DNA of 61,751 bases from a virus (IMGVR_UViG_3300012952_000024:1-61751), one strand, 5' to 3'; positions 17,920 to 30,500 are shown, numbered from the stretch's first letter. The notes: generated from the sequence alone by a model not told the origin. Translations and numbers: made by a program.

Positions 17920-18751
17920 TTTTCCACCGGCGATTTGCCATAAGACAGGAGCAAGACCGGATTACTATAAAAGATATAGGAGCAACACTTATAGCCAAAA
18001 TGGAGAAGATGGAATCATCAAGAAGCTATTTGAAGATTTAAATATATCTGGAGGATATTTATGCGAATTCGGAGCCTGGGACGGTAAACACTTAAGTAAT
18101 ACATATAATTTGTTTCACAACAATGCGGCATATGCCCCGATATTGATCGAGGGAGACAAAGATAGGTACAGTGACCTAGTCGATAACCTGGGTCACATAG
18201 AAAACGCACACCTGATAAATAAATATATAGACACCAACTCTTCGGGACCCAACTCACTCAACAACATAATAGAGAGCCTACAGTTGCCAGATATTGAAGA
18301 AAACTTTCAACTACTTTCTATTGATGTCGATGGTATCGATTATGAAATATGGGAGTCCTTAACTGAGTACGAGCCCAAGATTGTGATTATTGAAGTCAAC
18401 TCAGAACTCAGTCTTCGAGCCGCAGACCGAGGATATCCAGGTCAGCCTGTACAATTTTTTCATGACCGTTTATACGATCCGAAATTTGGGTGTTCTATAG
18501 CAAAGATGGTCGATCTATCTTACGACAAGGGTTACGAAATCGTAACTCATTGTGGGAACGCCATATTTGTTAGGGAAGATTTGTGCGATAAATTGAGCGC
18601 GAGAGTCAATAATTTGGATTTTATTTTAGATCGTTGGCTTCATGCGTGGAAGCATGTAGACTTTCAAAATTTGTTTCCCAATGGCCCAGCCGAAGGCGAG
18701 CCCGGAAAGACTATAATAATTAACGAAAGGATAAAGAAAGGTGGACAGTAA
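17912..18751 (+). CDS. FkbM-like SAM-dependent O-methyltransferase
   Basis: 'YSQNGEDGII', 'EFGAWDG..SNT', 'LIEGD', 'LLSIDVDGIDYEIW', 'IVIIE.N', 'GNAIFV'. GGAGG SD. Confidence 0.75.
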   Translation: MDDFPPAICHKTGARPDYYKRYRSNTYSQNGEDGIIKKLFEDLNISGGYLCEFGAWDGKHLSNTYNLFHNNAAYAPILIEGDKDRYSDLVDNLGHIENAHLINKYIDTNSSGPNSLNNIIESLQLPDIEENFQLLSIDVDGIDYEIWESLTEYEPKIVIIEVNSELSLRAADRGYPGQPVQFFHDRLYDPKFGCSIAKMVDLSYDKGYEIVTHCGNAIFVREDLCDKLSARVNNLDFILDRWLHAWKHVDFQNLFPNGPAEGEPGKTIIINERIKKGGQ

Positions 18752-19667
18752 AATATTAGTTACCGGAGGTTCCGGAATGGTAGGGCACGCTCTAAAGCAG
18801 ATTATACCAGATGCAGTATTTGTATCTTCAAAAGATTTTGATTTAAGACAAGCAACACAGGTCGAAACCATGATGGCGATGCATAGTCCGGACCAAATTA
18901 TTCACCTAGCTGCTAGAGTCGGCGGAATCAAAGCAAATATGGAACAATTAGGTCAATTCTATATAGACAATATACTGATTAATACAAATGTATTGGAGGC
19001 GGCAAGAAAGCATGGTGTGAACAAAGTTGTGTCGCTGTTAAGCACCTGCATATATCCAGATAAGGTCATATATCCTCTAACGGAAGAAAAGATACACTTG
19101 GGCCCCCCGCATCAATCAAACTATGCATATGCACATGCGAAAAGAATGCTGGATGTACAATCCCGTGCATATCGAGAACAATATGGGTGCAACTTTATTA
19201 CAGCAGTTCCAAATAATTTGTTCGGCGAAAATGATAATTATGATTTAAATGATTCTCATGTTATGCCGGCACTAATGCATAAAATGTATAATGCTAAACA
19301 AAAAGAGAAAAGTGTTGTATTATGGGGTGATGGCACACCACTAAGAGAATTTACATATTCACACGATGTGGCAAATATTTTACTATTTTTGTTAGAACAC
19401 TATGATGATCCGGAACCGATTAATATTGGAAATACGGGCGAACACACAATTAGCAGTATCGCTCAAAAAATAGCAGCTGCAATGGAATATAATAATAGCA
19501 TAGTGTGGGACACAAATAAGCCCGCAGGCCAATATAGAAAACCTTCATGTAATCAAAAGCTTGTCAGTTTAGGGTGGCGCCCAGAGATGTATACAGGAAT
19601 AGACAAGGCAATTACAAGTTCGTGTAACTGGTTTTTAACAAATTACCCAAATATCAGAGGAGCATAA
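18741..19667 (+). CDS. fcl: GDP-L-fucose synthase
   Basis: 'VTGGSGMVG', 'HLAARVGGI', 'STCIYP', YxxxK 'YAHAK', 'NNLFG.NDN...SHVMPAL', 'WGDGTPLREF'. Confidence 0.92.
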   Translation: MDSKILVTGGSGMVGHALKQIIPDAVFVSSKDFDLRQATQVETMMAMHSPDQIIHLAARVGGIKANMEQLGQFYIDNILINTNVLEAARKHGVNKVVSLLSTCIYPDKVIYPLTEEKIHLGPPHQSNYAYAHAKRMLDVQSRAYREQYGCNFITAVPNNLFGENDNYDLNDSHVMPALMHKMYNAKQKEKSVVLWGDGTPLREFTYSHDVANILLFLLEHYDDPEPINIGNTGEHTISSIAQKIAAAMEYNNSIVWDTNKPAGQYRKPSCNQKLVSLGWRPEMYTGIDKAITSSCNWFLTNYPNIRGA

Positions 19668-20672
19668 ATGAGTTTAACTAAAGAAAAGAAAATTGCACTA
19701 ATAACGGGAGTTACCGGCCAAGATGGCTCTTATTTGGCAGACTTATTAATAGGAAAGGGATACGAAGTTATTGGCATGAAAAGAAGAACTTCGCTAATTT
19801 CTACCGATCGCATCGATCATATTTTCGAAGATCCTGACAAATTAGATAATTTCCAATTAGTATATGGAAATATCAATGATTCAGGCTGCCTACACAGGAT
19901 AATGAATAAATACAAACCAGACGAGGTATACAATCTAGCCGCACAATCTCATGTAAGAGTTTCGTTTGACACGCCGGAAGAGACAGCTCAATTTGTCGGC
20001 ATTGGCGCGCTCAAACTTTTAGAAGCCGTACGCAATATATGTCCGGAGGCAAAATTCTATCAGGCATCTTCATCAGAAATGTACGGAGACAATCCAGAAT
20101 ATCCGCAAAATGAGTTAACAAGGCTTATGCCGGCATCACCATATGCGTGCTCTAAAGTATTTGCTTACAATATCGTAAGGAACTATAGGCACAGTTATAA
20201 TATATTTGGCGCCAATGGCATACTTTTTAATCATGAATCCCCCAGACGGGGGGAAACTTTCGTAACTCGTAAGATTACAAGAGCCGCAGCAAGAATTAAG
20301 CTTGGATTAGAGAATGAGCTGGTGCTGGGAAATCTTGATGCCAAGAGAGACTGGGGATTCGCCGGCGACTATGTGGAAGCCATGTGGTTAATGCTCCAGC
20401 AAGACGAGCCAGACGATTTTGTAATTGCGACCGGTCAAACACACACAGTCAGAGAGTTTTTACATACCGTATTTGATTATGCGGGCTTAGATGTCGACAA
20501 GCATGTGCGAATCGATGAAAGATTCTTTAGACCACACGAAGTACCAGTTTTATTAGGGGATCCCAGCAAGGCAAAGAAAATTTTAGATTGGGAACCAAAA
20601 GTAGATTTTCACAATTTGGCTCAAATGATGTACGAGGCAGATTTAAAAGAATTGTTTCAAAGAGGCGTGTAG
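19668..20672 (+). CDS. gmd: GDP-mannose 4,6-dehydratase
   Basis: '[12 protein letters not shown]', '[12 protein letters not shown]', '[10 protein letters not shown]', 'SPYACSK', '[17 protein letters not shown]', '[10 protein letters not shown]'. Confidence 0.96.
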   Translation: MSLTKEKKIALITGVTGQDGSYLADLLIGKGYEVIGMKRRTSLISTDRIDHIFEDPDKLDNFQLVYGNINDSGCLHRIMNKYKPDEVYNLAAQSHVRVSFDTPEETAQFVGIGALKLLEAVRNICPEAKFYQASSSEMYGDNPEYPQNELTRLMPASPYACSKVFAYNIVRNYRHSYNIFGANGILFNHESPRRGETFVTRKITRAAARIKLGLENELVLGNLDAKRDWGFAGDYVEAMWLMLQQDEPDDFVIATGQTHTVREFLHTVFDYAGLDVDKHVRIDERFFRPHEVPVLLGDPSKAKKILDWEPKVDFHNLAQMMYEADLKELFQRGV

Positions 20673-20690
20673 CCCGAAGGAGAAAAAACA

Positions 20691-20909
20691 ATGAAAGACA
20701 GTACAATTAACGAATATACGCTAAGTGATCAGGCACTAGGCGCCATTATGATGGCACTACAAAAGTCTTTAGTAGAACAGTCGGACATAGTCCCAGTACT
20801 AAAGGCCTTCAAGCTGGTACAAACAGACGGCGCCGAGGAAGAATTATTGGTTATCAATCCTCCTGCTGTAGAGATCGATTTTGAGAATTTGTCGATCGAT
20901 GGCGAATAA
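20691..20909 (+). CDS. hypothetical phage protein
   Basis: AAGGAG SD, 72 aa. Confidence 0.7.
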   Translation: MKDSTINEYTLSDQALGAIMMALQKSLVEQSDIVPVLKAFKLVQTDGAEEELLVINPPAVEIDFENLSIDGE

Positions 20910-21163
20910 TGCCCAAATACAAATATAAGTGTAATGCTTGTGAAGTTGTTTTTGAGCTTGTGCACTCTATGAAAGAAAGAGTCCGTGACTGCGATTCGTG
21001 TAAGATGACAAATGTCGTAGAAAGAATACCTTATACTGTAAGGGTGCAGAAGATTAGAGGCGGTAAGGAAAAGCCGGGCTCGATAGTTAAAAGGTTTATT
21101 GAAGAAGCCAAAGAAGAAGTTAAGAACGAAAAGGCACAATATAAAAAAGAGGAACACAAATGA
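20909..21163 (+). CDS. FmdB-family zinc-ribbon protein
   Basis: 'MPKYKYKCNAC...FE......CDSC'. Confidence 0.75.
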   Translation: MPKYKYKCNACEVVFELVHSMKERVRDCDSCKMTNVVERIPYTVRVQKIRGGKEKPGSIVKRFIEEAKEEVKNEKAQYKKEEHK

Positions 21164-21519
21164 AAACTATTATTATTTTAGGTGTATTCAATGCGCTCTT
21201 ACTTTTGGCTGTGTTTGGCTTAGTTTGGTACGGAAGAAAAATTCTAACAAAACTTTTGTATGTCTCTGAGAGCATAGGAGATTTTATGATCGTAATTGAT
21301 AATTATGCTCAACATTTAGACACAATTAATGCATCAGAGGCCTATTATGGAGACGAAACAATACAAAGTTTGGTTGATCATACAAACGCGGTTTTGGATG
21401 AGATACAAGAATTTGAATCGATCTATTCTTTGACTACCGACATCGATGCACCGAGTGAATATAACGACGAAGAGGATATGTATGACGAAGAAGCAGACAA
21501 CATCGAAGCCGCCGGTTAA
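21160..21519 (+). CDS. hypothetical membrane-anchored acidic protein
   Basis: N-terminal hydrophobic segment, acidic tail, GAGG SD. Confidence 0.65.
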   Translation: MKTIIILGVFNALLLLAVFGLVWYGRKILTKLLYVSESIGDFMIVIDNYAQHLDTINASEAYYGDETIQSLVDHTNAVLDEIQEFESIYSLTTDIDAPSEYNDEEDMYDEEADNIEAAG

Positions 21520-22216
21520 ACGCCGGCGCAGACGGAGAAGGTCTAAAAAGGGCCGGCATTATTTTACGCAAGAGCACGAAGACGCGATCGTAAAATATAC
21601 TAACACAAACTCTATAGAGGAAAGGACGGAGCTTTATGTGAGGTGGATCCAACCGGCATTCGATGAAATGGTTGATAAAATAGTATACACATATAAATTT
21701 ACTACTTTACCTAATATAAATGAGCTTAAAGAAGAATGTAAAATATGGCTCACGATGATCCTCGACAAATATGATCCCAATAAGGGTTCTAAAGCTTTTT
21801 CATATTTTTCGGTTATAACTAAAAACTGGTTTATACACAAAGTAAAGAAGAATACCGCAGCGCTAAAACGAGAAGTACATCTAGATGATATCAATACTTG
21901 GGAACAGCCGGCTGTGTTGATAGCTGAACATGGTTATTATCAAAAAAGAAAACAACAAGAATTCTGGGAATCTCTATGGAAAGAAATTGACACTTGGGAT
22001 TCGGTTAACTTAAAAGAAAACGAAAAGAAAGTGCTGGAAGCGGTCAAGATCTTATTATCTAATACAGATGATATAGAAATTTTTAATAAAAAAGCTATTT
22101 ATTTATACTTGCGCGAGTTGACTGGCTTAAATACAAAACAGGTAGTCAATAATTTAAACAAGCTGCGCGCAAAATATAGAATATTTAAGGAACAGTGGAA
22201 CGACGGAGAAATATGA
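21482..22216 (+). CDS. phage RNA polymerase sigma factor (late-sigma-like)
   Basis: Region-2-like 'LDKYDPNKGSKAFSYFSVITKNWF' and an HTH-like C-terminus 'IYLYLRELTGLNTKQVVNNLNKLR'. GAGGA SD before ATG 21482. Confidence 0.65.
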   Translation: MTKKQTTSKPPVKRRRRRRRSKKGRHYFTQEHEDAIVKYTNTNSIEERTELYVRWIQPAFDEMVDKIVYTYKFTTLPNINELKEECKIWLTMILDKYDPNKGSKAFSYFSVITKNWFIHKVKKNTAALKREVHLDDINTWEQPAVLIAEHGYYQKRKQQEFWESLWKEIDTWDSVNLKENEKKVLEAVKILLSNTDDIEIFNKKAIYLYLRELTGLNTKQVVNNLNKLRAKYRIFKEQWNDGEI

Positions 22217-22497
22217 AAGATTTAACGACATATCTAGAGGAAGCAATTGACAATATACGAGCAGATCGCGAAGTGACAAAAGAGTTATTAGACGATGTGT
22301 TACAATATATTGGAAAAAACGAGGCAAACCATCGAGAGGTTGGCGTAGTCGCCGCAAAATATGTCGAAACCCTACAGCGCTCAAATGAGCAGTTGGTAAA
22401 GGTATCCTCTTTAATGCAAAAAAGAGAAGTTCAATCTGGAGATTTTAAGATTGATAGCGAACAGATATATGATATATTGAACACGGAGGAGTCATAA
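22213..22497 (+). CDS. hypothetical helical protein
   Basis: GGAG SD, ATGA coupling to the sigma gene. Confidence 0.7.
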   Translation: MKDLTTYLEEAIDNIRADREVTKELLDDVLQYIGKNEANHREVGVVAAKYVETLQRSNEQLVKVSSLMQKREVQSGDFKIDSEQIYDILNTEES

Positions 22498-23528
22498 TGT
22501 CAGATCCTTCACCACCAGCGGCCGGCCATCTGAACCCGGACCTCGCTGCGAGCCCTGATGATCGTCCCACCGGCAAGGTAGCTACCCCGTCGAGCGTGAC
22601 CGGAGGAACCAATACAAGCCCGATGACATCTATGATGAGGCACTTTGTGGAGCATGCCTCTGCCTTGGCATCTGGCCAATCTGATCCTTATGAAGGAGGT
22701 TCGGATAGAGAGTTTAGTGCTTGGGTGGTTGCAGCAACCACCGCAAATTTGTATGCAGTATATAAGCGGCTACAAAGAACGGGAAGGTTATCGTTTTTAG
22801 GTGAACTTGAGAATATTGTCGACGCCCGGCGGCCGCAACACGAATCAGAAGATAATCCCGAGGGCTATCTTGACTTTCTTAAAGGATACATGGTTCATAT
22901 TTATCAGGCTTATATACCCGAATTGATGCCGCTTTATCCACATCCCCGTAACAGGGGGGACTGCGGAGCTAATGGAATTTGGTCGAGTTATGATATACCA
23001 GAGGGTTATTATTTGCCCGAGTTTGTCACACTCCCAGACGCACAACATTATGGCGAATCTCTTGTTTCTCCCGGTTCTGTAATTAAGGTTAGTTACGATA
23101 ATGCACGCTGGTCACATCCGGTAGGATATTGCAAATCCGTAGTCGCCTCAACTGACCCGGCGACTATCGTAAGGGACTTCTATGAGGCCTGCCAAAGCGC
23201 CGCAGAAAATGCAGAAGACCCGTCTGCCGAGCCGTCAACTTTGCCCGCAGAAGACATTGCAGCTGCCGATGCAGCTGCCGCAGAAGCCCGCACAGCCGCG
23301 GCAGCACTGGCAGACGCCGATGAGCCCGGCTGGCTGCGAGGAAAGGTAGAAGACCGCTTCAACGCGCGCAATGAAGACGGGCAACGAGCCGTCACCGCCG
23401 GCGGAGTCGCCGATTTTGTATCTAACTTTTGGGGAAGCGCCACAGAAGGCATGCATGAGGGCGCCGAATGGGGAGCATCTCAAGAAGATAAAGATGCAGC
23501 AAGAGCTTCGAAGCCGTCAAACAAATAA
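22497..23528 (+). CDS. hypothetical protein, possibly baseplate hub-associated
   Basis: 343 aa directly upstream of the spike-like gene. OB-like 'PGSVIKVSYD' and an Ala-rich linker. Confidence 0.4.
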   Translation: MSDPSPPAAGHLNPDLAASPDDRPTGKVATPSSVTGGTNTSPMTSMMRHFVEHASALASGQSDPYEGGSDREFSAWVVAATTANLYAVYKRLQRTGRLSFLGELENIVDARRPQHESEDNPEGYLDFLKGYMVHIYQAYIPELMPLYPHPRNRGDCGANGIWSSYDIPEGYYLPEFVTLPDAQHYGESLVSPGSVIKVSYDNARWSHPVGYCKSVVASTDPATIVRDFYEACQSAAENAEDPSAEPSTLPAEDIAAADAAAAEARTAAAALADADEPGWLRGKVEDRFNARNEDGQRAVTAGGVADFVSNFWGSATEGMHEGAEWGASQEDKDAARASKPSNK

Positions 23529-23566
23529 AGTAAGATTACAATAGTTGTCGCAAAATAGAATAACTT

Positions 23567-24502
23567 ATGAAAAAAGAAAATCCTCATAAAATACAGCCCT
23601 CTATACCGGAGCCCAATAATGGCAAAGGTCGGATCGATGGAGTCCGGGGAACCCCCGTTTCTGAAGTCAGCCCAGCCCACAACAGGTGCCCCGCAGAAAT
23701 TACAGTCGGTGAATACAACAATGCAGCAATTATTTTGGGCCCGGACAGGTTTGCCAGTTGCGAGTCTGGCTATGGCGGACAAGGAGCGCAAGGCGCCTCA
23801 GCCATTGATTTAGTCGCAGGCCGAGCGGCATGGGAAAAAGAAGGACCAGATCCGGATATACTTTACGACACGAATTTTAAAGGAGACGCAGCCAGAATCT
23901 ATATTAGCCAAAAGGCGGATATAGATCGTTATTTTGAATTAAACATAACCCCCAATGGTATATATAATTCAAAAGGACGCTCAGCAATAGCCCTAAAGGC
24001 AGATGCAGTTCGTATAATTGGCACCGAGGGTATTAAGCTAGTAACAAAGACTGTAAAGAGAAATTCACAAGGAGAGGTCATAACAACTATTCCCGGGATT
24101 GAACTCATCGCCGGCAACGATACTGAACCGAATGGAAGAAAGAAAGTAATGCAGGCAATTGTAAAGGCTGATAACACCGCGCGCGCACTTGAAGCCACAT
24201 GGGATATGATCGGAAGTTTATCTAATGCTATGGTAAGCACTTTCGACATGATTCAACAGGATTTAAACTTTATGGCTAGTCATGTACACGCGGTCCCACC
24301 GGCTTCTCCTTTCGCACCTGTTCTTACAGGACCTACAGTCGGAGGAAGATTTATCTTCTCCATCGAGAATTCGGTAGCTAAAATGTGGATGAATCAAATG
24401 CGCAGCGCACACAAGCACTTTACTGGTCCACACTTTAGAACAACCTATACAAGTCCGCAGGGCGAATATTACATAGGCAGTGCGTTTAACAAAACCAACT
24501 AA
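23567..24502 (+). CDS. putative baseplate central spike (gp5/gpV-like)
   Basis: Short beta-repeat character ('ARIYISQKADID', 'SAIALKADAVRIIG.EGIKLVT'), an HxH apex-like 'SHVH', and a position upstream of gp25/gp6. Confidence 0.5.
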   Translation: MKKENPHKIQPSIPEPNNGKGRIDGVRGTPVSEVSPAHNRCPAEITVGEYNNAAIILGPDRFASCESGYGGQGAQGASAIDLVAGRAAWEKEGPDPDILYDTNFKGDAARIYISQKADIDRYFELNITPNGIYNSKGRSAIALKADAVRIIGTEGIKLVTKTVKRNSQGEVITTIPGIELIAGNDTEPNGRKKVMQAIVKADNTARALEATWDMIGSLSNAMVSTFDMIQQDLNFMASHVHAVPPASPFAPVLTGPTVGGRFIFSIENSVAKMWMNQMRSAHKHFTGPHFRTTYTSPQGEYYIGSAFNKTN

Positions 24503-24513
24503 CAGACAAAACT

Positions 24514-27500
24514 ATGCAAAAATCAAAGACAGAAATGACGGATGCGGAGACAGCTCAAGCGACCGCAGAGGAATTAAGCTTAGACGATCTCGAAACAGAA
24601 GTTGAAGCTGTAGAAGAGGGCGACGAACTCACAGCATCTGATATATTTCCGTGTGAAGACGACGACAAAGTTGACTGCGGAGATACAAGCGCCGAGATTT
24701 GTCCGTGCGAGCCAAATCCGGACTATCCAGATCATTTAATACCAGATTGGAAGTCTCGCATTCGGCCCTACTTTAATCCCAAGACTTGTCACTACTGCAT
24801 TACACATTGGACCGATTTTACTCTTGATGACTGGGCAGAATTGACTGAAAATATCACTAATGATCCGACTCGGGCAGATTATACAGAAGAAGAACTATCT
24901 GAGGCTTTTGCTGAGTGGATTGAAGAAACAGTAAAGCCGACAGCAATCCGCCCGGCCTTAGCTTCTTTGGTAAAATATTACAACAAAGACTTGAACTGGG
25001 AGGGCTTACATGAATCTTGCGAGGATGCGCTTGAACCTTATGTTGCAGAGGCGAAAAACAGGCTTGGCGGCGGAATTGCCGAGTCTGATGATGCAGTAGA
25101 CGATGTAGAGGTTACGAGAAGTGCGGATAAATATTATGATCCCGACGGAGAGGAATTAGAAGAATCACCTTATCAGGGAAAAAAGGATAAAGGATGGTCA
25201 GGGGACAGGTATTGGGATGAGACAACATGGGAGGAAGATGCAGGAGAAGAGCCGTGGGGATGGCTTAGCAAAAGAAAATTTTGGCAAACATACGATGTTC
25301 TAGAATATGATTTTTCTGGTACTACGATGGTAACAGAATCGAAATATCGAGATCTTAAAGTAAGTGATATTGACGGAAACAAAGAAAAGGGCACTTTTCT
25401 TGCAAATAGGCTTTCGGCTGTTTACGGACAATCAACAGCGTCCAAATTAGACGATATAATTGAGGAATTAGCAAAAACTCATAGCGAAGAGGCAGATGAG
25501 CAAATCCCGGCCCATAATTATGATACATATTATACAGATCGACAAGGCGAAATGCGAGATTTTGTTGTCAACTATGTACAGTCGTTTGAAAATCAGACAA
25601 ATCCACTGAGAGTTGATTTAAGAGGAAACTTTTATATTTGGCATGCCGAAGATGAGTATTTTGTTCCCTTTCACGGAACAAAAGCATCAAAACAAAGTCA
25701 GCAAAGAGCAACAGCTTTATTTGAACTTATGGCATATAGAATTCTAATGCTATATTTTGAAGACAGCGCAATATCAGACTACGACAAAAAATATATTGAA
25801 AGTTGGTCGGAAAAAGCCCAAGAGATAGCTGAAAAATACGAGTTCCCGTTTGACACAACTGCAAAATATGATTGGGAAACTTGGGATGATATCGCAGAAC
25901 TAGTATTTACAGAAGAATCAGACACCTCTGAAGCGACTGAAGAGACAGACGAATACGCAGACGAAGAAAGCACTACTACAGAGTGGTCATCTATGGTTGC
26001 GCCTACATATTCGGCTGAAGTCGGAGCATCAGAGTTTATGGAAGATATAACCCAAGATCAGGCTTGGATGTACGATGTTGCAGCCAGCCCTCTTGGGACT
26101 TATATGCTTGAAAACGATCTGGTTGAAACCTCAGAGTGGTATGTTTCTCCGATTGAAGATGCGAGAATAAAGGTGTTAGTTTGTATACCGGCCGCCGTAT
26201 TTGATTTAATTGGCAATCCGTCGTCGGATCCGTCAGATTCGCAACCATATTCGGTATTCAACGAGTTGGCTGAAGAAGGTCTTGCTCCACGCTCCCCAGT
26301 CGAAGTTGAGTTTACCACAGAAGAGGTGGCTGATGGACTATTTGATCGTTCTGCTTGGCTGCTTAGACATTATGCGTCGAAACGCCTGCCAATGTCTTAT
26401 ACAGACGGCGCCACTGTTGTTCTAGAAACATTCGAAGATACAGGCATACCAGAAGTAGATGAGATACAACTTACAGAAGAGTTTTTAGAGTCGATAGGTT
26501 ATGAGTTTGAAGTGCCGCTTGAATTACAAACCTTGGGCGCCGACGACATAGGAGATTATGAGCATGCTGTAACTCAAAAAAGATTAAATGCTTGGAACGA
26601 GTATATTAACGCCCGTGGTCTCGCGAACTATGGTACGATGCTAACATCAGCAGATCTCGAAGTTCAGGCCGATAATCTGAAAGAGTTTAAGGGTAAATTA
26701 TGGGATCTGTTGCGAGCAAATACAGATGGCTGGGCAATATCGTACCTTCATGAGCATAATAAACGATCGGGAATAGAAAAAATCAAAATCAGATTTTCAG
26801 AGACATATGAGATATTATCTGTAACCTATAACCACCGCAGTTGTCCTCCCAAAACACTGACTAGCCACGAACACTATAAGGTGCTGGAACAAGAAATGTA
26901 TGAGGATGAGGATTACCAACATAATCCGTTTATTAATCCCGAATTTATGGTAGCTGAAGGTTGGAGCGATTTTGCAGATTCCAAAGTGGGCAAAGATCCT
27001 AGAACTTGCGCATATATAGCCTCGCTTCCTTATATGGATTTTACGGCTCAAGCTACAACACCGATGGAGTGGCAAGATTTTATAACTCTGTTTACTTATC
27101 CTCGTGTCGCCATCGGAAACTTTAATGAAGCAAGAGACAACGACTTGTGTCGGGCTGAACTCGGCGACACTCTGGGTAATATATTAGAAGAAGGTTTTGA
27201 TGTCTTTATTAATGTAATGACACAAAAGTTTGATCAACAGCTTTGTAAAACATTTGAAGAAGGTTCTGAAGAATGGTCGGAGTGGGTTAACCGCTATAAG
27301 TCAAAAGACTACCGCGACCGCAGAGTCCTTGGTGATCACAGCCATCTTTCTGGCACAAAGGTTCCATCTCCATTTTGGAAAGATGCCGACAAAGCTTGGG
27401 AATCCACCAAAAGAAGTATTCGAGCGGACCATCCATTTGTCGACAACTTTCTTGATAGTATAGACTTAATCAAAAATAGCGGAGATTTATGGGATCTTGC

Positions 27501-30500
27501 CATATTCCGCTTAGGTCGTTGTGGGCTATTACACTTTATTGATACAATGTTTCAATGTCTCTTCGCCGGCATTGATTTTGGTGATATATTAGAAAAAGCT
27601 CTACGCAGCGCCCTAAAAAACATGGAGATAGAATTTTTCAAGAGATTGCTGGTTGGCCTCCCGCCATGGGTACAAAACGAAATCGCTGCAATTGCTAATG
27701 AAGGCTTAGAAGATAACCTACAAGATTGGCGCCCATGGGATAGCGAAGTAGATGACAAATATCAACAGAGAACAGAGCAGTTTTTGAAAGACCGCGCCGT
27801 CGAAGTTGAAATGAACAAAGCAAACGAAGCCCTGCAGGAAAACCCGCAGACAATCGAAGAGCAAGATACCAGTCAGCAAACAGCGCTCGAAGCCGGTACC
27901 ATGCCGGGCGAGGACAGCAGTACCGATACTTACAGTAGCATACGCTCTGTGCACGCTACCGATGAAAGGGCCGCTGCCATGGCAGCCGCCGAAGAATCAG
28001 CAGCAGACGCCTCCGAAGCAGTAGGCACATTCATGGGAGGCCGCGAACAAAGGGAAACAAAGACTTTGGGCTCAATATTAGTCGACTCCGGCGCCATGGA
28101 TGCAATAAAAGAGGCATATATTGATGCTTTATTTGATGTATTCCAGCCCGAAGAACTACTAGATCTACTTGAACAGATTCCGGGAATGGTCTTTTTGAAA
28201 CAATTGTTTGATCTAAGCAAGTGCCCGGGCGTTTCAATATTTCACCCGCCACTTAAAGGCTGGTTTAACGATCTAAACAAGGCATTTTCCGAATGGGATC
28301 CGGGCTTGTTGTTCTGGTGTACGAAACCGCTTTATATACCTGAATTAATACTAGACAGACCTTTCATGATTTGGGATTGGTTAAAAGCATTAGCTCAATT
28401 GCTCCTCGATGCTCTGGAAGCCGCGCTACTCAAAGCGGTCATGACAATGATCAAGATGCTTATAGAATATGTGCTTGAGCTGTTATGTAACCTCATGTCG
28501 GCAGTAGGCGCCGCAGCGATGACGGCAGTTGGATTAATGGAACCAAACGAGTTTCAAGATTTAATGAAAGACCTTTTTTGTGGAGGAGGAACCTCAGATG
28601 CTGAAGCACAGCAAGCGTTAGGCACAGCTTTGGCCGCAATGGGAGTAACTGGCGAAACTACAGAAGAGGAATTGAGATTTGCCGGTGAAGAATTCTCGGC
28701 ATATACTGGAGACATCTTCTCGCAAATACCTGCAATTAGTGCGATATCTTTACTTTCAGGTACAGCTACTGATGAACAGGCGCGAGTTGTGGCGGACAAA
28801 TATGCTAGGTCAGATACAAGATTTGCGTCCTCCTTGGGCAACCCTGCCGCAGTTAAGAAGTTTTTCCGCCAGATGGGACAAGCTTTTATGGGACAAGAAG
28901 CGATCGACGGTCTTCGCGACGCATATGTAGAAAAACTTAAGTGCTCCTTAGCAGCCCCAGACTCAGCAACGCCGTTGTGTTCATTAGACGCAGGAAAACA
29001 AGCGATCAAAGATGCATTTAGTGCTCTAAAGATCCCAAGTCCGCACAGTGATGACTTAGCCGATCAGGCTGTGTCGCCCATTGATGATGCTATTTCTTCT
29101 GCGCTCGAAGCCGGAACATCGCAAGATTTGGGAGATACTTTGGAAGCTATGGGATCCCTGGATCCGTGTTTCGCAGCCCACCCCGGAAGCATAGTTCCTA
29201 AGGATGACGAGGCTACTATGGCCGCTGCAGCCGGCGCCGCAGAAGGCGAGACGGATATGCTGCAGAATACATATGAACAGGAATTAATATATCATGGAGG
29301 GCTGTTTGATCGTATATTATCAGATAAAGATGGAAGAGGAAAGCGTTTGCACGATCAAAACATTATGCGCTTGCTGAGAAATCATATCGCAGGAAATCCT
29401 AAAAATATTGCAACTTATTTGCGAGATATTATGAGCGGCGACAGGAGCAGCATTGCTGTTGGCGAAACTACTGCCGGCGACGCAGTATATGATTCTATCG
29501 GCGGCAGTTTTGATTATATGAGGTTTAAGCCGGTCACAGGCATCGGAGACCACATCGTCAAGAACGCATGGAATAAAAGCTGGCCCAACTCTTTTGTTAA
29601 ACTAAGCGATAATGCGCCCGGTTATTGTTGGGAATATGGCAAATATTATACTGACGAATACAAAATGGGCGAAGAGTTTGAAAGCGTATCAGACATTGAG
29701 AAAGTATATCAAGGAGATAACGCCGAAGAATATTATGGTTGGGCCAATGTGTCATACCCATCACAAATAGTAGCAGAGACGGGAGAGGATAACTATCCAT
29801 CCGGCAGCATGTTCCGGAAGTATACAATTGGGCCCAAAGAGGGTTCCACGCACTACTATCCAGATCCGCATGCAGTGTTGGAATTTATGGGATCCGATCC
29901 ATCGGGAGGGAATGCTTCTGATGAATTGGCAGGGTACCCTGCATTTCATTTCCATTATTGGAACGAAGAAAGAAACGGGGTAGATACCAACAATACCCAC
30001 TGGAATAATGCTGATGATGAACTATCGATAGATATTGCTAAGATGCATATCATGATGTTGGTGCCCAAAAACCCGGGCGGAGGTATTAGTAGGAGTCAAG
30101 ACGCTAGCAGTCAAGGCGAATATACGCTTGATTTTGATAGAGACCAACGCGGAAATATAATGTCTTGGGCTAATGCGTTTGGGCCACAGTCCGACAGTAG
30201 AAATACGAGCCAAAAAGGGCGCGTCACAGTGGATCCTATAATAAGGGTTACTAAGAAAATAGACAGTGATGTGCTGGAATATATAAATAATGAACTTGGA
30301 GTAGAGACTCCAAAGGACAAGATGCAAAAGCCTTCTGTTTGGGCTACAAAACTAATGAACTCTATTAACGATGGTTTAAGTTCATCCGGGCACGATGCAT
30401 CGGAATTATTAACAACAGATTCTGCCGATGGACTATATAACTCTTTCTATCAAGATGAATATGATAAATTATGTCAAGATTTCATGGAACAGTATTCGCT

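Noticed and set aside
21518-21557. Poly-Arg stretch (KRRRRRRSKKGR) in the sigma factor as a nuclear localisation signal
   Set aside because: SD sites and sigma70 promoters indicate a bacterial host; more likely a basic nucleic-acid-binding arm.
23200-23330. GC-rich GCN repeats as a DNA repeat element
   Set aside because: Explained by an Ala/Glu-rich protein linker; no exact periodic unit.
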